64,000 bases of DNA, taken from positions 558,001-622,000 of the forward strand of contig MU053431.1 of assembly GCA_013239625.1 (NCBI GenBank), read 5' to 3'. The position numbers and the translations under genes are program-made. The notes under the pieces are model-generated. The model was not told the DNA's origin. It made no database searches and was given only the letters and a program-made list of their open reading frames with translations. Below are positions 22,901-34,475 of this stretch, piece by piece (position 1 is the stretch's first letter; every line of letters begins with the position of its first letter). The DNA comes from Lama guanicoe (Eukaryota).

Positions 22901-24396
22901 TGCAGAGCTTGTGGGTAAAGGACTGGAGAAGTAAGAGCCGGTGTGAGCGTGGGATTGACGGGGTATCGACACTGGAAGCTCTCCAGGCTGGGTTCTGACA
23001 AAGAGAAAAAAATATATAGATACGTAGACTAACACACCTTTCTAGAAGGAATCACTGAAACAAACAAACAACCCTCCAGCTCTTACCGAGCGTCTTGCTC
23101 AGGGAGAGGGCGCTCAGGCGGGGCGGGCGGCGGCTTTGCGTCCTGTGCGCTTGTCCCTCCCAGCCGAGCAGCTCCTTTTCCGCCCTGCAGCTGTGGCCCG
23201 TGCGGCCACGGGACCGTGAACCGTTTATTGTGTGTTTTCTTCTGTCACAAGAAGACAACAGTCGAACGGCTAAGAAGGTATTCTCTTCACGCTGACCTTT
23301 AACCAACACCCACTCTCGTGTGTGGGCAGCTGGCTCCAGCCGGCGGTCCCCCACCCCTGCGCTCTGCCTTCTGTCTGTCCATCCCTTGCTCCAGCCCCTT
23401 CCCTCCGTCAGGCCCTCTGCGCGTGCTGACTCGCCCTCCCACCAGGGGTGCTCTGCACCTCACTGCCCCTTGCCCGCCTTCAGAGGCCCCCGGGGACCTC
23501 GGATAGGTCCTCCCCGTCAGCCCATCCCCCACTGTCCCCTGCTCCCTGGACAATTCTGGCCAAGTGTGTCACCTTAGAGGCCCCTGTTTGCTGGCTTTAG
23601 TGCCTGTTCCGCCCACTACGTTGGTGCTGCCTGGGGCCTGAGACCCCTCGGCATCACGTAGCTGGCACCGGGCAAGGAGCCCTGCACCTGCGAGCGAACC
23701 ACACCTTAAATTAATTAATGAATTAAGGGACAAAAGAAGGAATTACAGGCACAAATCTAGGTGCTTCTTAAGCTCTGTAGCTTCTCACTTTTCTTGGCCT
23801 CTGACTTCATTGCCTTGACTGAACTCTAGCAAAGGGACCAGCAGGATGCAAGGCTTCAACGGACACCAGAGGCCATAGGGTTGAACAGAAAGAGCTCGTG
23901 CACTTGATGCCGTGGCGGGTCCGTGCGCAGATCCCGGTGCCGCCACCTCCCGCGGCGCCTGCCACCCTCCGCTCGCCACCAGACTCCAGACTCCAGTTTC
24001 TCTTCTGTCAAAGGCAACAGCGTGCATTTTCCCGGCTTGTTATAAATGTAACTGAGGCCGCGCTCCGGCGTGGTCCAGTCACCCTGCCGGAGAAGGGGGG
24101 CAGGCTAGACAATGCCCCTGTGTGCTCGGATCCACGGTGCTTTACATGTAAGATTTAACTATCTGATGGGGGGAGTTTTGAACTAAACAGGGGAAAGAAA
24201 GACATTAGGAAGGGAGATTGTCAGCTTAACATGGTGGGAAAGGATTAAAGGAAGTAAATGTCTGGGTTGGCGTCATTGGGGTCACAGGCAGGTATGCAGA
24301 ACACCTGAAAGGACGGTCGCAGCTTGGGGTCTAGCAGGCCACCCCCAGAGGGGAGTCAGCGGGCAGAGCATCTGGGACCTCACCGCCCGCACGCGT

Positions 24397-24432
24397 AGCG
24401 GGGGACAGCGGGGGACAGCGGGGGCAGGCGGG
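24397..24432 (+). repeat. 10-bp G-rich tandem repeat with G-quadruplex motif
   Basis: (AGCGGGGGAC) x ~2.8, then caggcggg; four G-runs with 5-nt loops. Confidence 0.7.
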
Positions 24433-27400
24433 TTGTAGAATCAGCCCCAGCGGACACCCCAGCGAGACACAAGGACACAGGAAGTTTGGGAAGGCGGGGC
24501 TGGGGCTCCGCCCACTTCCCCCTGGGACTCAGTTGCTGAGCACCCCCAGTGGGAGCCCTGGGCAAATGCTGGTGGGTAAGTGCCCCGCCCCCCCCTTCCG
24601 GAGGCCACGCCCAGACACCAGAGTCCCCAGCGAGACCGAGCCCCGCGGCCACGGGGCAGCCTGCTCCTTCACTGAATTAGCTAGTTGTCATCCTTCCCTT
24701 CCCTGACTCCCTTCCCAAGGCCCTTCTGCTCCCGTGGGTCACCTCCCGCATCCCCAGACTGCCCTCAGCCCTCACCCTGGAGGTGGCTTCGGGAGGAGCC
24801 AAACAGCAGCACCTGGGACTCGCCTGTGCACCTAGGAAGCCGCTGTGGCCAAGATCCCGTAGTTAAATACCCGCCTCGGCCCCGATCGCCTCGCTAGCAC
24901 TGCTGCAGGGGGCCTGGAAGGCCCCCACGCGGGACAGCCAGAAGGGAGCTGGATGGTGGCGTATTGGGCAGTGGATCACGGTTCCCACCCCTCCTCCTGC
25001 CAGAGCGACGTCATCTACTCAGAGAGGGAGGGGAGGGCGGGGAACGTAGGGGCCTGCTTTGATGTTAAATTCCAGTGTGAGCGCCCGGGAAGCGGTCAGG
25101 AGGGTAGGGTTAGGGTTATGCCCTCCCCGGCATTGCCAGCATCCCTGATCCCGACCCGAAATCCCCGTCTGCTGTGGAGATGTCAGAGCACCTTGCTGGC
25201 ATTTCAAAGCCAAGATACTTACTTTGTCGTTTTGTGAAACTCACATTCCCCGATGATCCACGTTTTAACCATGCCCAGAAGTTCGATATAAGCCCGTTTT
25301 CACATTTGTCTTGATGGTCGAGATAATGTTTCAGACAATCTTGGTGTCAGTCACAGCTTGGACACCTCTGCAAAAGTGAAATGAGAAAAAAAGATCTTTA
25401 CGGAAAAGAAGGTTTCAGAGATGAGCAAAGAAAGGCAGGCCACACAGGGAAGGAAGGTCCGTGAAGTCCCGTTCACCACAGCCTGAGAGAGCACCTTCCA
25501 GGCACTCCTCTGCGCTCGCTTCTCGCAGGTGCCTCAGGAGCGCACAGCGATCGCCGCGCTCCATGTGAGTCCCGCTGAGAGTGGTGGGAGTCGCGATGGA
25601 CCGCGAGTGTCCCTGGGCGCCAGCGTGTGTGCCAAACACAGACCCTAAATTAAAAATGCTTTGCAGGCCGGAGACACTGATTAAGAGACTGCATATTTGA
25701 CCGTTGGCTGGACGGCGCGAGTCAAGCACAGCTGCACCTAACGATTCCAGCCTCGGGAAAGGCGCAGAAGCCCAGGGCCTCCGCGCCAGGTGACCTCAGC
25801 GCAGGGAGGGAGGCCGCACCCCCGGCCATGCTTGTCAGGGCCCTGACGTTCTGCATGGCTCGGTGAAGAGGCTCGGGACGTTTGTGCTCGAGTTCGCAAA
25901 GACCGCAGCATGGGCAGCTGAGGAACTGGGGCCTGATTTTGCAGGTTTGAAGAGTTCGGATATTTTAAGAAAAGAATAAAATTGCAGATGTGTTTGTGCT
26001 CTGAAGATGAGCTGATGCCCTGCAGAGCTGTCCCCGTGACTTCTCTGCTCATGGCCCCACCCAGATCCAGGCCTGATCCTCACCTGGCGACCTGACTGCT
26101 CCCGGGGCTGCTAGACCCTTGGGCTCCGGTAGCAGCAGGGCCCCAGGCCCTGCTCATCCCGACAGCCTCCACATGCCCTTCCAGGGCCTCCGGCCCTGCA
26201 CCTGGGCCAGGACCTACCCTCGCCTGGTCTTGCCTCCCACGTCTCCTCTCTTGAGCTCTCCCAGGTGCCCCAGAGCAGGCGGGGCCCAGGGGTCTCCTTG
26301 GTGCCACCTAAGAGGACTGTGATGGGAAAGCCGTCTGGACCACTGGATGCTAAAGGCCCTCCTTCCCAGGAGCCTGTAAGCTCCACGAAGTCAGGAACCT
26401 TCCCAACTTGCAAATGGGCATCCCCAGTGCCTGGCACCCAGGTGCTTAATTATAAACAGATAGAGATAAGGATACAGATGGGGGTGTGACTGGACATAAG
26501 GAGAAGCAGATGTGAGACAGACAGAGATGCTGATCCAGCGCAGGTGCTGATGGGGCCCAGGCACAGGTGCAGGCGCTCCCTGTGGACAGGGATACACGAG
26601 GGATACGCGTGTCGGTGCCACAGCTGGAGTGGGTGAGTGAGTGCGTGGATGAGTGAGTGAACGCTCCCAAGGGTGCACCTGCTTCCACGCTCGCTCTCAG
26701 GCCCATCCTGCAGGGGCACCTTGCCCCAGAGACGCACTCGGAAGCCCCCACTTCCTCCTTTCTGAAATGGGGGTGCCGATGCCTGCTCAGAGGGTGGACG
26801 GGCAGATGAACGAGGTGAGCACAGGAAATATGCCAGCTGGCATTTGTATTCGCTGGTGGACAAGCTCTGTGCTCCCCAAGGCTGCCGAAGCATCGGAATC
26901 CTCAGAAATGTCGAGAGGGAAAAGGCAGGCGCCAGACGTCACCCCGGGCCCGCTGAGGCAGAATCCCCAGAGGGGGACCGCGGGTGTGCGCGTTTCACCT
27001 GCGTCCCCGGCGACTCTCGTGGTGAGGCGCGTTTGGGAGACGCTGGCTTGGCTCTGCGCAGCCCAGAACCACCGGGAGGGTGGATTCTGGACGGAGAATC
27101 CATCTGTGATGGGGCGTCCAGTCTTCTTCCCGATCCGTGTGCCCCTCACTTACCTCATGGGACAGAGGAAGGGAAACGGAGTAAACAACTCTGAGGCCTT
27201 TGGGATAGAAGTGAGTTGCCCAGAACCTCCTCTTTCCCAGTTAAGCCTGTGTGTGTGGAGGCTGCAGGGTCACCAGGCACTAGGATGAGCGGGAGCAGAA
27301 GCAGGCTGCCCGTTAAATTGCTGCCTTCACCTGGTGATTGTGCGTACCCTCCAGCTCTAGCTGGCTTAACTGCAAAAACCATTAAATTCAAAATTACTAC

Positions 27401-27858
27401 ACACACACACACACATACACCGTACCTACCGACAGCCCCAGGCAGAGCTAATCAAGTGCACCACACATTTCATGCAATTTCACACAATTACGAATCTCAC
27501 AAGGATGCAAGTAAAGAGAAAGCCGGAAGCTCAGGGGGCCAGTTGTGGGGGAGGCGGCAGGGGACCAGGGGGCCTCCGGTCTGAGCTCCTTAGACCCCAG
27601 GAACCTCCCAAGACCTCAGCCCTCACCTGCGCCAAGGCGACGTGTGCAGCAGACGAATCACTGAGGTGCATTGAGAACTGGGCGATCCAGGGTCAAGAGG
27701 CACCTGGGAAGTGAGATGGAGCAAAAATGCCACCTGACTCTCAGAGCCCCGCCACGTGGCCCCCGCCCCCCACGGTGCACGTTTGCTGAGCATCGAGGCT
27801 GCTCCTGAGCCTGGAGCCCTGAGTGTCTGCTGTGGTCAGGTGCTCGCTGCCGTCTGAA

Positions 27859-28012
27859 ACAGGGTCAGCAAGCTGTTTCTGCAGAGGAGCAGAGAGCAAA
27901 CATTTTAGGCTCTGCCGGCCAGACGTCTCTGTGGAACGGACTCAACTCCGCCTTTGCAGCCCTAGAAAACACCCGTGCGAATGGGCTTGGCCACGTTCCA
28001 GTAGAACTTAGT
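27859..28012. mobile_element. MER58A-like hAT element, partial
   Basis: cagggtcagcaagctgtttctgcagagg...cattttaggctctgccggcca...actcaactccgcc...gaatgggcttggccacgttccag. Confidence 0.8.
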
Positions 28013-28150
28013 GACGCCCCAAAGGTGACCTCAGTGAATCAATGAGGCCAGATGAAGGAGTCACTTCCCAGACCTGGGTCTGAGGCAGAGGTCACCACGT
28101 GAGGCTGGACATGGGGACGGCCAGCCAGCTCTGAAGCAGCCACTGCACAA

Positions 28151-28234
28151 ATACGGACAAACAAACATGGATAAACACAGATGAACACGGACAAACACGG
28201 ACAAACGTGGACGAACACGGACGACCACGTGGAT
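28151..28234 (+). repeat. 10-bp minisatellite (ACACGGACAA-like), about 8 degenerate units
   Basis: atacggacaa, acatggataa, acacagatga, acacggacaa x2, acgtggacga, acacggacga, ccacgtggat. Confidence 0.85.
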
Positions 28235-29399
28235 GGTGATGTGTCAGTTAATGTGACAGCCCCTTGGAGGGTAGGTGTTAGGTGTTCCCTTGGAAAGTGA
28301 GTTTCAAGAGCTCCAGACAGATGCCCAGAAGCCACACCCAGTTCTGGGTCGCCGTGAGCCAGCTCTATGTCTGTTCTTTTTCTTTGTTTTAATTTCTGGG
28401 GCACAGAGTGATTATTCAGCTACAGGGCTGTCCCTGTGAGCCAGCGTCACCAACGCCAGGTGGGTCCCTTCCTTACGCCTCTGTGGGTCCTGGGAAGCAA
28501 GCTTTCATGGTACCATCAGAGTGGGGGCACGGGGTCCAGGGGCCCAGGGGACGCACGGAGGCGGTTATCACTGTGACAGCTGCCGGACTCCCCAGGGGTC
28601 CCATGAGCCAACGGACGGGGGGGTGGGGTTCCAGCCACTTCACCAGTGGAGCTGAGAGCCAGGGCCAGTGCTTGGCTTCATTTATGGCCCTGTTCTTATG
28701 TGTTTCTTGATTGTACAGCCTGGGTTGCGACAGGTGCCAGCTGGCTCCTAGGGATGTAAACCCAGCCATAGACCTGCCCGCGGCATCCCACACAGGGCGA
28801 CTCTCGAGAGACTCGGTGGTTGGCTCGACCGTGGACTGAGTCTTGACAAATAGATTTTGTTTCCACCACCAGCTGAAGGAACCGTGGTTTCTGTTGCAAT
28901 TGAATCAATGCACGTATAGATCGCTCCTTCAATAAAAGACACTAAGTAGGAGGTGGTTAAGGAACCAGAGAAATGGCCGAAAATGTAAAGCAAAGTGATT
29001 TAACTGCGACACATTGGAATGCACTTCTTGAAGCATGTAATTTATGGGAAAATGCTGCAATAATTATATCGATTAAGGAGAGTTCCATGTTGAGCCTCTT
29101 TACTGCATAAGCCTAGAAATTTTTCTTCTTTTTTTGCACAACCTCACAGCCTTATGGGTTTGAGCTGATTTATCTGATGAAACGTTAGGCACCTCTTGTC
29201 AGAGTGATGCCTGCCTGTCACTGGGAAGCTGACGGGCAGACGCTTCATTCAGCAGGTGTATGTGCTGGTACTGACCCCTGTGACCTCAGCCAATCTGTCA
29301 CCAAAACAGCTACCAGGCTTGGAGGCTGTGGACCTTGATCAAATCCAGACCAGTTCCCTGATTCACGAGATGGGCCCCCCCTTGTCATTTCTCCTTCGT

Positions 29400-29765
29400 T
29401 TCCTTTGTAATTTCAGCCACTGCAACCCCACCAGGTGCCACTTCCACTCTGGCCGGCCTGGTTTCCCCCACCCCTGCCCCTCCACCCCCAGTGCCCTGCT
29501 CTCGCCTGCCCTCCTCAGCCTGGATTCTCTTTCATCGTCTTCTCTGCTGGTCTCCTTCGGTACCCAGTTCAAGCCCCGCCTCCCCCCGGTGGACCCTCCT
29601 AACCTCCACCTCCTGCAGAACTTCTAACCAGTACCTGTTGTCCATGGCCCACGGCACAGATTATGTTTTTAATTCTCCCTCTGAATACGGAGGTCTTGGA
29701 TTTTCAAACCAAACGCAGGACCTGGAGGGCGGGGACTGAGTCTCACATGTATTCAACAAGTGTTT
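29400..29765 (+). mobile_element. L2 fragment, degenerate
   Basis: tccttcggtacccagttcaagccccgcctcccc...ctggagggcggggactgagtctcacatgtattcaacaagtgtttatt. Confidence 0.5.
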
Positions 29766-30104
29766 ATTAGCAACCATCATGAACTAGTCGCTGTCTGGTA
29801 CCAGAAACCGTGTGAAAGCAGTCACTGTGATGGAAGTGCTCTCATCTCGCGTGCAAAGAGCAGTGATCGGACGCTGAGGCTTACTCTCAGCGCAACGTGG
29901 ACGGTGGAGTGGGAGCGGCCACCGCTGCCATTACCCCAAGACAAACGGGATGCAGACCTTAATCTGGAATTTTGGAAAAAGCACCAAATGCAGCGTTGGG
30001 AGGCCACCTCTCTACCTCTGCTCCCCTCTGTTTTATCAGGCTGTGGAATTTTTCTTGTACTTCTTTCCCCCATAATAAAATCTTTGGAGGCACTAATTCA
30101 TTAG

Positions 30105-30892
30105 ACAAACAGAAGCCAGCAAAGCAAAAGTTTAAATGGAAACTCACCCAAGAGTATCTACAAAGAGAACGTAAGCACCTAAAAGATGGTTCCCATCATC
30201 CGTCACGGGGGAAATGCAAATTAAAAACACGGCGACAGCACCACGTCCTATTAGAACAGTCACATTTTTCAGAAACTGGTGACACTAAATGCTGGCAGGG
30301 ACGGGCACAAACAGGAGCCCTCGTCGATTGCCAGCGGGATGAAGGCGTGTGCGGCCCGTCTGCGCGACAGGCGGGAGCTTCTTACACCTTGCAACTCGCA
30401 AACGGCCGCCCAGCCCGAGGGACCGAGCAGAGTGAAAACGAGGACCTTCGTTCACACAAAACCCTGAATGCAAGTATCGATGGCAGTTTTATTTCCAAAT
30501 CACCCCACACTGGAAACCACCCGAAAGTCCCTTAACTGGGGAGCTGAGAGCAAACTGAGGAAGTAACTGATTGGTGCGGAAAAGAAGGAGCCCAGGAGAC
30601 GCCCGGCCACGTGGACGGGCCTCAGAGGCCCGGCGCTTCCTGGAGGAAGCCAGCCCCGAACGCTGCGCGTGGTGCGAGGCAGCTTACCCGGCGTTCTGGA
30701 GAAGGCAAAACAGTAGAACAGAAAGTAGCTCAGTGGTTGCCAGGGGCTGGGGCGGGGGGCGGGGGCAGCGGAGCGTTCTCTTCTTGCTCGTGCTGGTTAC
30801 GTGACTGTAGGCATTTGTCAAAGCTCGCAGAACTGCACGCTGAAGAGGTTGCACTTTACTGCATCTAAATTATATCTTAAGGAAAAAAAAAA
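30105..30892 (+). mobile_element. L1MC/ME-type ORF2 end plus 3' UTR with A tail
   Basis: gggaaatgcaaattaaaaacac; tggaaaccacccgaaagtcc; ggcaaaacagtagaacagaaagtagctcagtggttgccaggggctgggg; A10 tail. Confidence 0.88.
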
Positions 30893-32519
30893 TCTCTGAG
30901 CCAGCAGGTCTGACTTCAGTCGGGTTTGAAGTCGTCCTGCCCGAGTGTCCCTGAGCTGCGCCACGTGGGTTCCAGCGGCCACCGGGCATGCTCAGAGCCC
31001 TCAGAACACAGCTTGGAGCCGCCAGCCGGGCCTTCGGTGGGCCCCTCACTCTCCACGTCTCTGCCGTCTCTCGGACTCTCACAGCAGGAGGATGGGGCAG
31101 ATTCTGGGAAATCCGGCTCACGAATGCCATTACTTTCGGCAACAGAAACATTTCCCACCGGCCTGTGTGTCCCCCAGCCAGCTCCCCAGCCGGGCCCTGC
31201 GCCCTTCCGGCTGCGAGCCCGCCCCAGCTGACCCGCTGGACCGCTGTCCACGGCCAGTCTCAAGGGCAGGGTGTGCGGCGGCTTGTCCTTTTTGCCTCTT
31301 GTCTGGGAGGCCAGGGCTCCCCACCCATCACCCTGGAAGTCAGAGCCCAGATATCTGACTCCACATGGAGCTGCCTTCAAACAAAAATGAATCCTAGGCC
31401 CCAAACAAAAAGTCACACGGGTGTGATTTCTCAGAATTTGTTTTTTTAATGATTTTCTTTTCTCTCTAATGAAGGATGGCTTTGTCATTCAAGTCGTCAG
31501 CTGATACAGCTGAATCACTCTTTTCTGGGCAGCACGCAGAAATATCCCTACCTGCGCAGGGAAGCGGTAGCTATGGTAACCGGATGCAGAGGCCTTCAGC
31601 ACCTGGCACTGATGGTTGACGAGCTCCCGTGGCTGCGTCTTGTTCCTAAGAGTCTGCGCCGACTCCAGGTCCCTGAAGCTGGGCTCCTGGGAGGAGCACA
31701 GCACGCCAGTGATGCCCCAGGGACTGTCTGCACTGGACTCTGGACACTGACCCCCCGAGCTCGTCCCTGTGAAGTGTGGGCTGCAGCGCCCACCCTTTAC
31801 CTGTGTGCAGCTGGCGTGAGTACTGCACTCGGCCCCCTGCCGGTGCGGTGAGAACGCGGTCAGCGATCGGGGTGGTTAGTCTGACACCAGCGCCCACCAG
31901 GTCCATCCAGATCTCTGCTCCCGCTGGCCCAGGGGCAGCCTGCTCCCCTGCCTTTCCCCAGCACAGAGCACCTGGGAACCCCAGGTAGGTGCAGACCGGA
32001 TCCTGCTAAAGCAGCTTAGGGAGGGTGGGCAGTGGGCACTGGGAGCTGCTCTGCCCGGGCATCTAGGCAGGGACCTTGGGGGTCCCAGGGATCCCCCTCC
32101 TTACAGGAAAGGGGCAGGCCAGAGCGGCCCCCAGTGGGGCTCCAAGGAGCAGCCTCAGCCTAGGGAGAGGCAGAGCCTCGGAGGAGGACAGAGCCCCAGC
32201 CCCCGCCCCAGGGATCTCCCAGTGTGTGCTTATTGAATAAATGAATGAAGGAAGGACTGTCCACAGCCTTCCTCATCAACGGGCTGGTTGACAGCAAATC
32301 TGGACAGTTCAGGTGCACAATGGGAGCGGGCAGGTGGCCTGCAGTTAGCGCCAGGCTCAGGGCCGTGCACTGCACAACCTCCAGGGGTGCCGCTCACGCA
32401 AACACCAAGGTGTGGTTCTGACTTCCCCTCCGCAGACCTGACTGCCTCCTTTCTGTCCCTCTAGGGCGTCACCGTGAGGGACGTCGGGCCATGGGCCAGG
32501 CTTTGGCTGCTGCAGCACC

Positions 32520-32730
32520 TGATCTGAGAGGCCCCACCCCAGTGTTGCCTCACGTGAACAGCCTGACTTTATCACAACTCACTTCCTGAGGCATTTTGTC
32601 TGTAGTCTCCTTGTATGCTGTCTGTCTTCTGCAGCTACAGTGAAAGGCCCATGAAGGTGAGATTTTAATAACTGGGCTCATCACTGACTCCTCAGTGCTC
32701 AGAGCATGCCTGAGACATTGGATAGAATGA
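32520..32730 (+). mobile_element. L2 3' end
   Basis: gtctgtcttctgcagctacagtgaaaggcccatgaagg...catcactgactcctcagtgctcagagcatgcctgagaca. Confidence 0.7.
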
Positions 32731-32990
32731 AGGAAGGAGGAGGGAGGAAGGAAGGAAGGATGAAAGGAAGGCATAGATGGATGGATGAAATGGTAGGTGG
32801 ATGGATGGATGGATGCATGCATGGATGGGTAGGTGAGTAAATGGGTGGGTGAGTGGGTGGCTGAGTAGATGGGTGGGTGAGGGGATGGCTAAGCAGAGGG
32901 GTGGGTGAGGGGGTAGCTGTGTAGACGGGTGGGTGAGGGGGCGGCTGCTTAGATGGGTGGGTGAGGAGGTGGATAAGTTGATGGACAGAC
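32730..32990 (+). repeat. Compound (GGAA)/(GGAT)/(GGGT) microsatellite with 5 x 28-bp higher-order units
   Basis: 28-bp units start at 32839, 32867, 32895, 32923 and 32951 (consensus agatgggtgggtgagggggtggctgagt). Confidence 0.9.
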
Positions 32991-34019
32991 TCATAGCTGG
33001 ACTGATGGCTTAGTCCATCAGAAGGAGGCAGATGCTGCTCTCCTAGAGCTTTCATCCTCCTGGCAAAACGCCTCAGAACTGTGACGCAGTGTTGTCACCA
33101 TGAATGCAGATTCATTTTATAACAGGTGAAGAACTTCAGCTCTACTGGAAGGGGCAGGGGAAGCCACCCTTGGCTTCACTAACAAAGACCCTCAAGACAG
33201 GACCAGGTTCCGGGCCTCCAGCTCAGCCAGGCCCTCAGAGCCGGGCGGTGAGGTGAGCAGCCCCGAGCAGCGTGGTTCTCCCTGATGCCTCGCTCCCCGA
33301 GCTCCATCTCTGTAATTACGCCGGGACACACTTCTCATTACAGGCAGCCCGAGAAACCACAAGCGAGCAAGAAGCTGGTTAAGCAAGAAAGAGAAAGGCA
33401 AAGGCTGGCCTGGTTTGGCTAAAATGGGATCTTACCGGAGCCCTTCCCGGGCGGCAGTCTCACCGAGCAGTGCTCTCCAGGGCTCGGCACAGACGCCTTG
33501 TTTTCCCTCCCTCTTTTTTTATTACAATGATTTTTATTATGAGTTCTGTCCTTTTTTTGAATTGAGCAGAATTACAAAGAGTGAGAATTACTGCAAGAAT
33601 CTGAATGTTCAGCACGAACAGAGCCTGAGGCGTTCAGCGTTCTCGGAGCCTCTCCTTGGAAATGTGGGCTTGAACCTAACAAATGAGCATCCACGGAAGA
33701 TTTGAGGAGAGTGTGTGTAAGTGATGCATGCTCCGGTGATGCCTGACGAGGGGGGGGAGCACCTGTCCAGACAGCGCCCTTTGGCTGGAGTTCTGGGGAC
33801 GGTTACCCGTGCAGGGTCCCCAGTCGGAAGGGAGCAGCTAAGATAGTGAGAAGGCAGAACAGCAGCAGGAAGTAGTGACAGGACTGAGAAAAGGGGCTCC
33901 CGGCACCGGGACATGTGCTCATTTACCTGAAGAGCATAGTAACGTGGAAGAGAATAGCTCTATGTGACTCCAGAGATGAAAACTCAGACTAATGGGTAAA
34001 CATTTCATAGAGTGGCAGG

Positions 34020-34475
34020 TGCACATGTTTAAAATGAAATCCAAATTTGTCACCATGCCCTGCAGACCCCATATCATCCAGCCCCTGCCTTTCTCTCTGA
34101 CCTCATCTCCCTCCACCCTCGTCTTTGTTCTCTCTGCCCAGTTGTCCTTGTAAGATTTTCTCCTGCGTGCCACAGGACATTGGCACTTGCTGTCCTCGCT
34201 TTCTGAAATGAAATGCCCTTTCCGTTCCTAGGGCTGAATCCAGCTTAAATATCACTTGCTCAGAGAAGTCTTTCCAGGCCTCCCTGGCTGATATCGACTC
34301 CCAGGATCACTCTTTGCTGTAATAATTTATTTAATTCCTAGTACTTACCACTCTCTAAATGTAGCTTGTATATTTGTCTGAGGACAGGGCTGTGTCTCCC
34401 ACACCTACACTCAGCTCCTAGGAGAGCATCTGATACATGGGAGGGGCTCAGTGATGACACAGGTGAGTGTCTGAG
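34020..34475 (+). mobile_element. L2a/b fragment
   Basis: aaatccaaatttgtcaccatgccctgcagacc...ctctctgacctcatctcc...cagcttaaatatcacttgctcagagaagtctttcc. Confidence 0.8.

Noticed and set aside
21421..22998. Longest ORFs (269 aa on -, 287 aa on +)
   Set aside because: Non-ATG starts, low-complexity P/S/G/R composition, no recognisable domain; expected by chance in GC-rich DNA.
25102..25118. Interstitial telomere repeat (gggtagggttagggtta)
   Set aside because: Only one perfect TTAGGG; too short to distinguish from chance.
28151..28234. CRISPR-like array
   Set aside because: Contiguous 10-bp units with no unique spacers.
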